From positions 206-64,205 of the forward strand of contig JAZSGR010000087.1 of assembly GCA_045532825.1 (NCBI GenBank): DNA of 64,000 bases. Direction: 5' to 3'. The position numbers and the translations under genes are program-made. Source of the stretch: Victivallaceae bacterium. Its GTDB lineage: Bacteria > Verrucomicrobiota > Lentisphaeria > Victivallales > Victivallaceae. Shown here piece by piece: positions 48,104-57,674 of this stretch; position 1 is the stretch's first letter, and each line of letters begins with the position of its first letter. The notes below the pieces were generated by a model. That model was not told the origin of the DNA. It saw only the letters and a list, made by a program, of their open reading frames with translations, and made no database searches.

Positions 48104-48912
48104 ATAAAGTAACAGTAGCCGGAAAAATCACCATTGGAGACGGAAAACTTGCCCTCATCGGCGGTCCCTGCATGGCGGAAAGCCTTGAAGTATGCATGGC
48201 AACTGCGGAGTTTCTGACTGCTCTCTGCAAAAAACTGGATATCCAGTATATTTTCAAAGCCTCTTATGACAAAGCCAACCGTTCCAGCGGCAATTCCCGC
48301 CGCGGTCCTGGAATGAAAGCCGGATTGGAATACCTTGCCGCAGTAAAGGAAAAATTCGGTATTCCGGTTCTGACCGACGTCCATGAAAGCACCGAAGTAC
48401 CGGAAGTGGCAAAGGTGGTCGATGTGCTTCAGATACCGGCATTTCTCTGCCGTCAGACCGATCTGCTGCAGGCTGCCGGAAAAAGCGGTCTGCCGGTCAA
48501 CATCAAAAAGGGGCAGTTCATGGCACCGGAAGACATGCGCGGAGCTGTGGAAAAGGTCCGTCTGACCGGCAATGAGCAGGTCATGCTCACCGAACGCGGC
48601 TGTTCTTTCGGTTATCACAATCTGGTGGTGGATTTCCGCAGCCTTCCGACCATGCGCGAATTCGGAGTTCCGGTGATTTTTGATGCGACCCATTCGGTAC
48701 AGCTTCCCGGCGGACTGGGCAATGCCTCCGGCGGTCAGCGCGAATATATCGCCCCGCTTGCCCGTGCGGCAGCGGCAGTGGGTATCGATGCGATCTTCTG
48801 CGAAGTGCATCCGGATCCTGCCAAGGCTCTTTCCGACGGACCGAATTCACTTGATTTTGCAACGGCTGAAAAAATCCTTACGAAAGTGAAGGCTATCCAT
48901 GATCTCTGCTGA
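48100..48912 (+). CDS. kdsA: 2-dehydro-3-deoxyphosphooctonate aldolase (KDO8P synthase)
   Basis: 270 aa. FKASYDKANRSS, LTDVHE, LQIPAFLCRQTDLL and IFDATHSVQLPGG are present. Confidence 0.94.
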   Translation: MNKVTVAGKITIGDGKLALIGGPCMAESLEVCMATAEFLTALCKKLDIQYIFKASYDKANRSSGNSRRGPGMKAGLEYLAAVKEKFGIPVLTDVHESTEVPEVAKVVDVLQIPAFLCRQTDLLQAAGKSGLPVNIKKGQFMAPEDMRGAVEKVRLTGNEQVMLTERGCSFGYHNLVVDFRSLPTMREFGVPVIFDATHSVQLPGGLGNASGGQREYIAPLARAAAAVGIDAIFCEVHPDPAKALSDGPNSLDFATAEKILTKVKAIHDLC

Positions 48913-49417
48913 ACGTTTTAAAAAGATCCGCGCAGTGATCTCCGACATCGACGGAGTCCTCACCGACGGCAGAGTCGGATACGGCGCGCCTGAACTCATC
49001 AAGTTTTTCAATTACCGCGACGGTCACTGGCTGAAAATGGCAAAACGCCACGGTTATATCGTGGGCTTTATTTCCGGCAGATCCTCCGGAGCCAACCGGA
49101 CCAGAGCCGGTGAACTGGGAGTGGATTTCTGCAAAGAGGATATCCATACCAAACTTACCGCATTTGAGGAGATCCTCAAGGAATACGATCTCAAACCTGA
49201 AGAGTGCATCTTTGTCGGAGATGATCTGATCGATGCCCCGGTCATGCGCCGTGCGGGTATCGGCATTGCAGTCGCCGATGCGGTCCCGGCTCTGGATGAA
49301 TTTGCCGACTGGCGTCTCAAGACACCGGGAGGTCACGGTGTTTTTGTGGAGATACTTGAACGGCTCTTCAAAGAGTGCGGTATCTTTGACGAAGTAACAG
49401 CACGGTACCGTCAATGA
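48899..49417 (+). CDS. kdsC: KDO 8-phosphate phosphatase (HAD family, YrbI type)
   Basis: 172 aa. DIDGVLTDG is the HAD motif I, and GDDLIDAPVM is also present. Confidence 0.88.
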   Translation: MISAERFKKIRAVISDIDGVLTDGRVGYGAPELIKFFNYRDGHWLKMAKRHGYIVGFISGRSSGANRTRAGELGVDFCKEDIHTKLTAFEEILKEYDLKPEECIFVGDDLIDAPVMRRAGIGIAVADAVPALDEFADWRLKTPGGHGVFVEILERLFKECGIFDEVTARYRQ

Positions 49418-51786
49418 AAAAAATATCAGCTGCAATACTCTTTACATTCCTGCTGTTTTCCACTGGATCGCTCTACGGAAAAAACGACATGAGCGATCTC
49501 CGTGGGTTGACTCTCACCAACGCCAAGATCCCGATCTACAACCGGGGCGGAAAAATGCAGATGATGATCTTCGTCCACCGGGCGGAGCGTCACGGCAGAG
49601 TGATCTCCGGCAGGGAAACGGTACTGGACTTCATCCGTCCGTCTGCAAGCGTTGACGACATCGGTGATGCCTGGAAACTTGTGCCGTATCCGCTGAATGC
49701 TCCGTTCAAACAGATATTTGAATTCTGGCTGCCGCGCATCAAATACAGCGAAGCAGTGGTGAGGACTTCCAAAGCGGATATCGATCCGGAATCGAATAAA
49801 GCCTCCGGCTCCGCGCCGGTATTTCTGCGTTCACCGCTGCTGGATCTCAATGGAGTCGGTTTTGAAGCGGATTTCAAACGCCGTGAGATCAGAATAAATT
49901 CCGATATCGAGGTCGTTCTCCGTACCTCCGGCAGTGATCCGCGCAAAGCCGCATCGATCCGCAATAAGAAGCACGAATACATCAACGCCACCGGCGATGC
50001 CCTGCTGATCGAACTTGAAGCCAAACGCATCATGCTCATCGGCAATGTCACCGTTTCCGAAAATCAGGCGAAACTCACCTGTGACCGTCTGACGGTCATG
50101 CTCGCGCAGGATGAAAAGAAAAAAAACGCCGGCAAAGCAGATAAAAATAAAAAAGCGGCATTCGATACCGGATCGGATATTTCCGGAGTATCGAAAATAC
50201 TTGCCGACGGCAATATCGTCATTTCCGGCACGCAGAAAAACACCGGGAAATTGTATGCCGATCATCTGGTTTACGATATGCAGGGCGGTACCCTGCTTCT
50301 TACCTGCGATGATCCGGAACGCGGCATGAGCCGTGCCGGGCTGAAAAACATGGCGGCAAAGCTCAACGCCAAAGCTCCGCAGGACATCCCGGGATATGTG
50401 ACTCTTGATGACAGCAAAATCAGAGCATACGGCAAAACCGTGCTGATCAAAATGCGTAAATCAGCAGACGGAGAAAAACGCGGAACATTCCTCAATGCAG
50501 CTCTCAACAGAGAGGAAGCAAAAAAGCAGTCCGGCGCACTGGAAAAGATCATCTATCCCTCCGGACTTGTCGCCTGCAGCAAACCCTCCCCCGGACAAAA
50601 GGATAAATCACAGTTCCTGCTGGATGCCGACTACGGGGAATATCTGCCGGAGAAAAATGCGGTCAACCTGAAAAACAATGTCACCGCAAGCGACGGCGGA
50701 ACGATTCTCTGCTGCGATACGGCAATCGTGAAACTTCAGGGCGGCAAATCCGCTTCCGCTGCGGCAAATGTGGATACGGTCATGTGCCGGGATAACGTAA
50801 GACTGCTGCACAGCGGTTCAAAAAAACAAAAAGGTACCCTCAACTCCGACAAAGCTGATTTCAAGATCGCGGAAAACCGCATCGTTTTCTACGAAAATGT
50901 CAAGGCGGTGAGTGACAAATCAAATATGACCTGCGAACAGCTGGAACTGTTCCTCGCCGACAAAGGCAAGGAGGATAAAAAACAGAAAACTCAGCGTCTG
51001 TCGGAAAAAAATTCGTCTCTGATGAATTCCGCCGCCTCCGGGAAACTGCTTGAACGGGCAGTAGCCACCGGCAATGTGAAGATGACCGATCCCAATGCTG
51101 TTCTGACCGGCGGAGTGGTCACCATGTATTTCCGTCCGCTTGCTCCCGGGGAAAAACCGGAGGAAGGCATGCTTCACACCGGCGGAGTCAGACTTACCAG
51201 AGTGGTATGCGATGACGGAATAAAAATCGTAAGTGCAGAAAAAGGCGACACCTCCGGTATCTTCGGTTCGACCGGCAGCAAAGGTATGCGCACCCTGCAG
51301 GCGATGCATTCTGAAACCGATCTGCTGACCGATAAAAGCACTTTCACCGGCAGCGTAAGTATCTTTGATGAGCTGTCAAAACTCGAATGCGATACCATGC
51401 ATCTGTACGGAGTGCGGAAAGCCGCGCCGGTCAAAAAAGCTGCTTCCGACGATCCGGATGCCGATCCCTTTGCCATACTTGACACCGAAAGTTTTGCTCC
51501 GACACGTGTAGCCATCGCCGGAAACGTGGAGCTTGATAAAGTCGAATGTCTGGATAATGTAAAGATCTCCCGTCAGGCAGGAAACCGTAAACTGTTTGCC
51601 GGAGGAGAACGGGCGGATTACAAAGTAAGCACCCGCAAGATCATCATTACCGGAAATGAATCAAAACGCGCCTGGATGCAGATGGGCAGCCGCCGCCAGG
51701 AAACGGATAAACTGGTCTATCACCTGCACGAAGAGCGTTTTGAAAGCAGCGGCAATACCGTCACTGCGACTTTAAAAGGCAAATAA
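49414..51786 (+). CDS. Giant secreted LptA/OstA-like protein with multiple OstA_N-type repeats
   Basis: 790 aa. The signal peptide is MKKISAAILFTFLLFSTGSLYG. At least 6 segments have the LptA-like pattern GNVxhxxxxxxLxxDxhxh. Examples are GNVTVSENQAKLTCDRLTVML, ENVKAVSDKSNMTCEQLELFL, GNVKMTDPNAVLTGGVVTMYF, GSVSIFDELSKLECDTMHLY and DNVKISRQAGNRKLFAGGERADY. It occupies the position held by lptC-lptA after kdsC in E. coli. Confidence 0.6.
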   Translation: MKKISAAILFTFLLFSTGSLYGKNDMSDLRGLTLTNAKIPIYNRGGKMQMMIFVHRAERHGRVISGRETVLDFIRPSASVDDIGDAWKLVPYPLNAPFKQIFEFWLPRIKYSEAVVRTSKADIDPESNKASGSAPVFLRSPLLDLNGVGFEADFKRREIRINSDIEVVLRTSGSDPRKAASIRNKKHEYINATGDALLIELEAKRIMLIGNVTVSENQAKLTCDRLTVMLAQDEKKKNAGKADKNKKAAFDTGSDISGVSKILADGNIVISGTQKNTGKLYADHLVYDMQGGTLLLTCDDPERGMSRAGLKNMAAKLNAKAPQDIPGYVTLDDSKIRAYGKTVLIKMRKSADGEKRGTFLNAALNREEAKKQSGALEKIIYPSGLVACSKPSPGQKDKSQFLLDADYGEYLPEKNAVNLKNNVTASDGGTILCCDTAIVKLQGGKSASAAANVDTVMCRDNVRLLHSGSKKQKGTLNSDKADFKIAENRIVFYENVKAVSDKSNMTCEQLELFLADKGKEDKKQKTQRLSEKNSSLMNSAASGKLLERAVATGNVKMTDPNAVLTGGVVTMYFRPLAPGEKPEEGMLHTGGVRLTRVVCDDGIKIVSAEKGDTSGIFGSTGSKGMRTLQAMHSETDLLTDKSTFTGSVSIFDELSKLECDTMHLYGVRKAAPVKKAASDDPDADPFAILDTESFAPTRVAIAGNVELDKVECLDNVKISRQAGNRKLFAGGERADYKVSTRKIIITGNESKRAWMQMGSRRQETDKLVYHLHEERFESSGNTVTATLKGK

Positions 51787-51798
51787 TGGAGCAGTAAA

Positions 51799-52080
51799 AT
51801 GAAAGAAAGAGTAGTCACGATCAAAAATCAGGCTGGTATCCATTGCCGTCCGTCGAGCGAGATATTGAATGTGCTCACCAGAGAGTATCCTTCCCACTCG
51901 GTCGAGATAACCACCGGGGATGAAACAGTCGAGATCACCGGCAGCATCCTTGCGCTGATCTCACTCGGACTTGCCTGCGGAAGTACAGCCACCCTGCGCA
52001 TCGAAGGACCGGATGAGGAACGGGCGATCAAAGAAATCGGTGATCTGTTTGAACATGAATTTGATTTCCCGCCGCGCTGA
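51799..52080 (+). CDS. HPr-family phosphocarrier protein (NPr-like)
   Basis: 93 aa. GIHCRPS contains the active-site histidine equivalent to HPr His15, and a GSILALISLG region is present. Confidence 0.8.
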   Translation: MKERVVTIKNQAGIHCRPSSEILNVLTREYPSHSVEITTGDETVEITGSILALISLGLACGSTATLRIEGPDEERAIKEIGDLFEHEFDFPPR

Positions 52081-53929
52081 ACTGCTGCCGTGGCTGCTTG
52101 CTGCTGCAGGACTGATACTGCGTCTGGAATATCTGCGTGAATATTCCGCTCTGGTCAACTTCGATGTTCCGGTGGGACCGGATGTCATGGAGTATGATCT
52201 GCGTGCCAGGGAATTTCTGAATGGCAGACTGTTTCCGTCATCACCGGATATCCATGCGCCGCTGTATCCGCTGCTGCTGGCATTTTTATACCGGATAAGT
52301 GATTTTTCACTGCCGTTTATCCGGCTCTTTCAGCTTCTGCTGAATTACGGTGCATGGCTGTGGCTTGAACGTCTGCTGTGCCGCAAAGGTTTTCCGTACA
52401 AACTGCGCATGGTGTTTCTGGGTATCACCATGCTGTATCCGGTTATCATTTTTCATCAGGCGGAACTCATTTCGGAATCCATTCTGCTGCCCTGCACCGT
52501 CCTGATACTGTGGTTCCTCGAACTTGCAGATACCGAATTTGATACCGTAAAACGTCTGATACGCATGACCGCAGCCGGAGCGGCAAGCGGAGCTGCCGCA
52601 CTGATACATCCGCTCACGCTGTCATTTGCTGCAGCGGAATTTACCGGTGAATTGTTCCATAAACGCAGAAAAGAAGCCGCTGTTTTTCTTGCCGGAGCGG
52701 CATTGGTCATCCTGCCGGTCGCAGGGATAAAGACGCTTCATTACGGCAAACTCACCGGAATCCAGCAGAACGGAGCATTCAATATCTGGCTGGGCAACAA
52801 TCCTGATGCGACAGGCGGCTGTTATATGCGTCCGGGCCCCGGGTGGAGAACTCTGCACGCCGATGCTGAAAAAGAGGCGGCAGAGCGCGGTATTTCAGTT
52901 GACCGGGTCTGGTTTGAGCGTTGTGTAAAATTCTGGACCGGTTCACCGGTACGCGGAGTTATGCTTTATCTGAAAAAAGCGGTGCTGGTCTGGTCTCCCG
53001 CTGAACTGATAGCAGGAGCCGATCCCGGAGCGATGCTTTACCGGACACCGGTCATCCGTTACGGTTCGTTCATGCTGCCGCTGCTGTTGTTTTTTGCCTT
53101 TACCGGAGCGGGATTTGCACTGGTGAAGAAAGAGCGTGGAGCATACCACTTTTTTCTGCTTGCCGCGGCAGTGTATATCTCACAGATATTGACCGTGACC
53201 TCCGGCAGATACCGTCTTGCGATGTTTCCGGCACTGCTGTTTTTCTCGGCATACGGAGCAGTACAGTTCAACTGGAAAAAATACTTTTATCTGCCGTTTG
53301 CAAGTCTTGCAGTGTGTGTTCCGGTTCTGCTGCTGTCATTCGGACACGACCGGCATGAAGCAGCGGCACTCACCGGAGAAGCAGCTTTGAAAAAAGGAAA
53401 ATCAGGAGAAGCTCTTGTACTGCTTGATTTTGCCAAACAGGGCTGTTTTGATCCTGCGCGCATATCCAATCTGACCGGAATGATCCATGAGAACAGCCGT
53501 AATTTTGCCGGAGCGGAAAAAGATTATCTGGAAGCGGCAAAGGGAGATCCGGACTCCATGGAGTCTTTCATGAATCTGGGCAATCTTTACGGCAGGTTTC
53601 CGGCGAAACACAAGCAGGCGGAGATCTGTTTCCGGCATGCGCTGAAGCTGGCTCCGGAGTCGGCGGTACTGCATTACAATTATGCTCTGTTTCTGAAAAA
53701 CACCGGCAGAAAAAAGGCGGCAGGTGAAGAACTCCTGCTCGCCCTTAAATACAATGACCGTTATTCTCCCGCCTATAATATCCTCGGCATACTGGCACTT
53801 GAATCCGGCAACCGCGAGGCCGCGCTGCAGTGTTTCCGTTCAGCAGTGGAAAATGATCCGGGCAACTCCGGCTACCGCAGCAATCTGGAATTCGTCAGAA
53901 ACGGAATCCGTTCTGCTCCAGGTAAGTGA
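52055..53929 (+). CDS. Polytopic membrane glycosyltransferase (ArnT/PMT-like, GT39/GT83-type) with C-terminal TPR repeats
   Basis: The start is set at the ATG at 52055 (MNLISRRAELLPWLL), because the longer track ORF overlaps the HPr gene. About 10 TM segments are followed by 4-5 TPR-like repeats (AEKDYLEAAKGDPDSMESFMNLGNLY...). The GT family is assigned from topology and loop pattern only. Confidence 0.55.
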   Translation: MNLISRRAELLPWLLAAAGLILRLEYLREYSALVNFDVPVGPDVMEYDLRAREFLNGRLFPSSPDIHAPLYPLLLAFLYRISDFSLPFIRLFQLLLNYGAWLWLERLLCRKGFPYKLRMVFLGITMLYPVIIFHQAELISESILLPCTVLILWFLELADTEFDTVKRLIRMTAAGAASGAAALIHPLTLSFAAAEFTGELFHKRRKEAAVFLAGAALVILPVAGIKTLHYGKLTGIQQNGAFNIWLGNNPDATGGCYMRPGPGWRTLHADAEKEAAERGISVDRVWFERCVKFWTGSPVRGVMLYLKKAVLVWSPAELIAGADPGAMLYRTPVIRYGSFMLPLLLFFAFTGAGFALVKKERGAYHFFLLAAAVYISQILTVTSGRYRLAMFPALLFFSAYGAVQFNWKKYFYLPFASLAVCVPVLLLSFGHDRHEAAALTGEAALKKGKSGEALVLLDFAKQGCFDPARISNLTGMIHENSRNFAGAEKDYLEAAKGDPDSMESFMNLGNLYGRFPAKHKQAEICFRHALKLAPESAVLHYNYALFLKNTGRKKAAGEELLLALKYNDRYSPAYNILGILALESGNREAALQCFRSAVENDPGNSGYRSNLEFVRNGIRSAPGK

Positions 53930-54431
53930 CGGCGATATGGCATGAAATGCGGAAGCACCATTTGAGGGACTCCATGAGCGCAAGCAGCGGATCAGTACCT
54001 TCCGGCACGACCGGGGAGTGTATCCAATCCCAGAAATTCTGGGCGCAGTCACCCGGGAAACTCAACTTCTTGAAATATCCGGTGAGCCGTTCATCGGAGT
54101 AAAGCGGAGCCTTGCCGTCAAAAAGTCCCATCATAGAAAACTCATTTGGTCTGCGGTTGACGTAATTGGTAACCGCTTCGGCAGCTCTGGCAAAGACAAA
54201 GGTGAACATGGAGCTTACCGTTTCATCATCCAGAGCATCGCCGTCGCGCCGCCTTTTATCGGCTACGGCGGACAGTATTTTGAGCATGAGTTCTTTTTCG
54301 GAATCCGCCAGTTCAGGTGCGGTGAAAACCGGTCCGTTGATGAATTCCCCGGAACGGGCGGCGGCGATCACCACCTGTGCGGCATGCTGTGCCGCCATTG
54401 AACGGCTGAAAGTATTATTCTGATTATCCAT
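53895..54431 (-). CDS. Hypothetical cytoplasmic protein
   Basis: 178 aa with no recognisable motif. Composition looks coding. It overlaps the 3' end of the convergent GT/TPR gene by 35 nt. Confidence 0.45.
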   Translation of the reverse strand: MDNQNNTFSRSMAAQHAAQVVIAAARSGEFINGPVFTAPELADSEKELMLKILSAVADKRRRDGDALDDETVSSMFTFVFARAAEAVTNYVNRRPNEFSMMGLFDGKAPLYSDERLTGYFKKLSFPGDCAQNFWDWIHSPVVPEGTDPLLALMESLKWCFRISCHIAVTYLEQNGFRF

Positions 54432-54514
54432 AAACAGTTCCCCGAAGTATCAAAAATATCATTTTCCGTAAGATAACACACTTTCCCCTTTTTTCAAGTT
54501 TACAGCGTCATCTT

Positions 54515-55378
54515 TCACCTGCTTTTGCGGTATTCCAGCGGAGAAACGCCGTAACAGGCTTTGAACGCATGAAAAAAGTACGGCATCTGTGAAAATCCGG
54601 AAAGTTCGGCGATATCGGGAAGGGCAATATCTGTTTTGAGCAGCAGTTCAGCAGCATGTTTGAGCCGCAGATTGCGCAGATACACCATAGGCGGAACTCC
54701 CATTGCGGCTTTGAAATGCCGGTTGAGGGTGGCGGGAGACATCGCCGCCAGAAGTGCCAGTTCCCCGAGATATATTTCCCGCTGGAAATGCTGCTGCATG
54801 TAATCGGTAAGTTTCCATATATCCAGCGGAACGAATTCCTCTTCTTCCACCCCGGACTGCCATGCGCCGCACAATCTGCTCAATACTGCCATAAAAATTC
54901 CGAGCTTATAACAATGGACATTGCTGTCTGCCAAAAGTTTCAACAGCGTTTCCAGTTCATTGAAAACCTCATCCGGCAGATGAGTCATGGGGAAATCGTT
55001 TTGTTTTTCCGTCATGCTCCTGCCGTGGAATATCTTTTTATAAACTCTGGTGGAGTAAAGTTCCAGCAGTACCGGCGGCAGGCGGACGGTATCGAACAGC
55101 AGATTTATCACTTCAAGATCCTCTGCTTCGGTATAAGCATGGGAACCGCCTTGCGGTATAACAATGACATCCCCCCTGCGGATGGGGACCGGCGGATCAT
55201 TTTCCGATTGATGCATACCTCTGCCCGCAGAGACAAAGACGCACTCACAAAACTCATGCCGGTGCGTTCCGGTGACGACCTGCGGAGTCTGGATCTTCAC
55301 TGTCAATGGAAATCCCGGATCATCCCGGAACACGGTTTTCATGCTCTTGCACAAACTGACTGATTTCATTTTCACCAC
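54515..55378 (-). CDS. AraC-family transcriptional regulator with N-terminal cupin sensor domain
   Basis: 287 aa. The C-terminal double HTH is LAAMSPATLNRHFKAAMGVPPMVYLRNLRLKHAAELL...IAELSGFSQMPYFFHAFKACYGVSPLEYR. Confidence 0.9.
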   Translation of the reverse strand: MVKMKSVSLCKSMKTVFRDDPGFPLTVKIQTPQVVTGTHRHEFCECVFVSAGRGMHQSENDPPVPIRRGDVIVIPQGGSHAYTEAEDLEVINLLFDTVRLPPVLLELYSTRVYKKIFHGRSMTEKQNDFPMTHLPDEVFNELETLLKLLADSNVHCYKLGIFMAVLSRLCGAWQSGVEEEEFVPLDIWKLTDYMQQHFQREIYLGELALLAAMSPATLNRHFKAAMGVPPMVYLRNLRLKHAAELLLKTDIALPDIAELSGFSQMPYFFHAFKACYGVSPLEYRKSR

Positions 55379-55554
55379 CCCGTCAAACTTTTACAGCGGT
55401 TACTATACACAGCGGATAATGATATTTCAAGCACCAAAAATAATATGATTAAAAAAAACATAAAATGATTTAATAAATTATTGCTTTATCAAAAAAACTC
55501 AATTACATTATAGCAGAACTTATTCCCCGGAAAGTATCATAAACGGAGATTGAA

Positions 55555-57663
55555 ATGAAATTACTCATCACACTGTTGTTCGCCGCCGTACTTCCTCTCA
55601 CAGCCTTTGCCGGTCATACTGTAATAAATTACAGCGGAACCGAGGACCGCTGGTCCGCAGGAGCAGTAAAATACCTTTTGGAATATCTTGAAGCAAGTAC
55701 CGGGGAAAAACCTCTGCTCAATGTTTCAACAGCTTCAGAGTACACCATAAATCTCGAAGTCAGAGCCGAAAAGGGAGATGATCCGGAAACCTTCCGTTTG
55801 AGCAGTCCCGGTCCGGGCAGGATCCTCATATCCGGAGCCAGCACGCTCGCCCTGCGCCACGGGGTCTGCGAATTTCTTGAACGCTGCGTCGGTATCCGCT
55901 GGCTTTTCACCGGCAAAAATGGGGAATACATCCCGGCCTGCCGCAAATACAAACTGCCGGAAAAACCTCTGGTGATGACTCCGGCATACAGTGTACGCAG
56001 TTTCTCATTGAACAACAAGCCCAACCGGGAATGGGCAGCAAAAAACAAGGGGATCTTTCATTATGATTACACTCATTTCCCCGACCGTCCCTGGTTCCAC
56101 CACAATTTGTGCAATCTGGTAACGGTTCAGAAGTACGGCAGCAGCAATCCGGAATTTTTCCCGTTGATAAAAGGCAGAAGAATGATCCCGGAGAAAAAAC
56201 AGCATATATTCTGGCAGCACTGTTTCACTGCACCGGGGATAACCGCTGCCTATATCCGTGACGTGAATAAAGCCTTCAGCAAACGTAAAAATCTGCAGAC
56301 CGTCTCCTTCGGGGTAAATGACGGCGGCGGTTTCTGTGAATGTGAGACCTGCCTGAAAGTGGATGGTAAAGATCCGCAAAACCGGATCCGCTCCTACCTG
56401 CGCTGTTTTGATGAAGTTGTCCGCAGCTGTTACCTTCCCGGCAGAACGTTCGGATTTCTCGCTTACGGAGCGATCAGAAAAGCTCCGGAAGACGGCAGAA
56501 AGTATCATCACGCACTGAAACCGTTTCTCACCTACGAGCGTCTTTACTGGTGCGATCCGGCAAAAAAAGCAAAAGATCAGCAGGAAACTCTCGCCTGGAG
56601 CAAAACCACCGGCAGCTGGATCGGTTGGTATGATTATCTGTCCTACCGTCATTTTCTGATTCCCAAAATCAGTTTGAATGTGACTCCGGAAGCGATCCGC
56701 TGGGGGGCGGCAAATAATGTAAGATATTATTATGCCGAAGCTCATCCGGCACCGGACTGGCATACCGGTCCGATGCTGACCATTCTGCTGAAACTGCTCT
56801 GGGATCCGGCTGCTGATGTTGATGCAGTGATGCGTGACTGGTGTGTTGCGGCAGTCGGTCCGGAAGCGGCGATCCACCTGGAAAATTATTTCAGACTCTG
56901 TTCAAAATACTGGGAAGAAGAGGTTCCGCAGACCGTATATTTCAAAACCGTCGACCGCAGCGGACAATATCTCAATATGGGCAGTTCCGGTTATCTGGAA
57001 AGAGTCGATGAAAAACTTCTCCGGCAGATGCAGAACGAGCTGGAAAAAACCGTAACCAAAGCCGCTCCCTACGGCAGGGAGCGGGCGCAAATGTTTCTGG
57101 ACGGATTAAAAAAACGTCTGCCGCAGATACGCGGATATCTTGAAAACAGCAAACTGCAGAAAGAACTCGGCAGTTTGAACTTCAAAACTGTCCTGAAAGA
57201 AGACTTCAATAAAAAACGGCTCTGGACCACATGGCAGAGAAAAGACAGCAAAGGCAAATTCTATTACAGCAGCGATGACGGAAGAAATAACTCCGGAGCA
57301 ATGGCGATGGATATGCGCAACGCCGGTAAAGCCATGGTTTACATGCGCAATGCCAAAGCAGTTCCGGGCAAAGTCTACCGGGCAACGATATACGTCCGCA
57401 ACCGGAACAGTCTGCCCGGAGCGCAGATGTCTCTGCGCATCGCCTGGGGAGCACCCGGCAAAGCATGGCTCGATCCGGCATTTGAAAAGACCGTATCGGT
57501 CACTGAGGACGGAGCTTATTTCTGGCGCAAACTGACGGTTTCAGCAGTTGCTCCCAATGTCGAAGGATGCTTCATAAAAATCGTTGCCTCCGGAAGTAAA
57601 TTGAAAAAGGGAGAGATTTTCTTTGATGATTTCACCCTTGAAGAAGCTGAACGCAGCAAGTAA
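55555..57663 (+). CDS. Secreted DUF4838-like protein (glycoside-hydrolase-like)
   Basis: 702 aa. The signal peptide is MKLLITLLFAAVLPLTAFA. LRHGVCEFLERCVGIRWLF and the CECETC cysteine cluster are remembered features of DUF4838. It is transcribed divergently from the AraC gene. Confidence 0.55.
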   Translation: MKLLITLLFAAVLPLTAFAGHTVINYSGTEDRWSAGAVKYLLEYLEASTGEKPLLNVSTASEYTINLEVRAEKGDDPETFRLSSPGPGRILISGASTLALRHGVCEFLERCVGIRWLFTGKNGEYIPACRKYKLPEKPLVMTPAYSVRSFSLNNKPNREWAAKNKGIFHYDYTHFPDRPWFHHNLCNLVTVQKYGSSNPEFFPLIKGRRMIPEKKQHIFWQHCFTAPGITAAYIRDVNKAFSKRKNLQTVSFGVNDGGGFCECETCLKVDGKDPQNRIRSYLRCFDEVVRSCYLPGRTFGFLAYGAIRKAPEDGRKYHHALKPFLTYERLYWCDPAKKAKDQQETLAWSKTTGSWIGWYDYLSYRHFLIPKISLNVTPEAIRWGAANNVRYYYAEAHPAPDWHTGPMLTILLKLLWDPAADVDAVMRDWCVAAVGPEAAIHLENYFRLCSKYWEEEVPQTVYFKTVDRSGQYLNMGSSGYLERVDEKLLRQMQNELEKTVTKAAPYGRERAQMFLDGLKKRLPQIRGYLENSKLQKELGSLNFKTVLKEDFNKKRLWTTWQRKDSKGKFYYSSDDGRNNSGAMAMDMRNAGKAMVYMRNAKAVPGKVYRATIYVRNRNSLPGAQMSLRIAWGAPGKAWLDPAFEKTVSVTEDGAYFWRKLTVSAVAPNVEGCFIKIVASGSKLKKGEIFFDDFTLEEAERSK

Positions 57664-57674
57664 GGTATGAACAG

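Noticed and set aside
53895-53929. 35-nt convergent overlap of the GT/TPR gene and the hypothetical gene as evidence that one is not real
   Set aside because: Both reading frames have coding-like composition up to their stops. Short convergent overlaps occur in compact genomes. There is not enough evidence to discard either gene.
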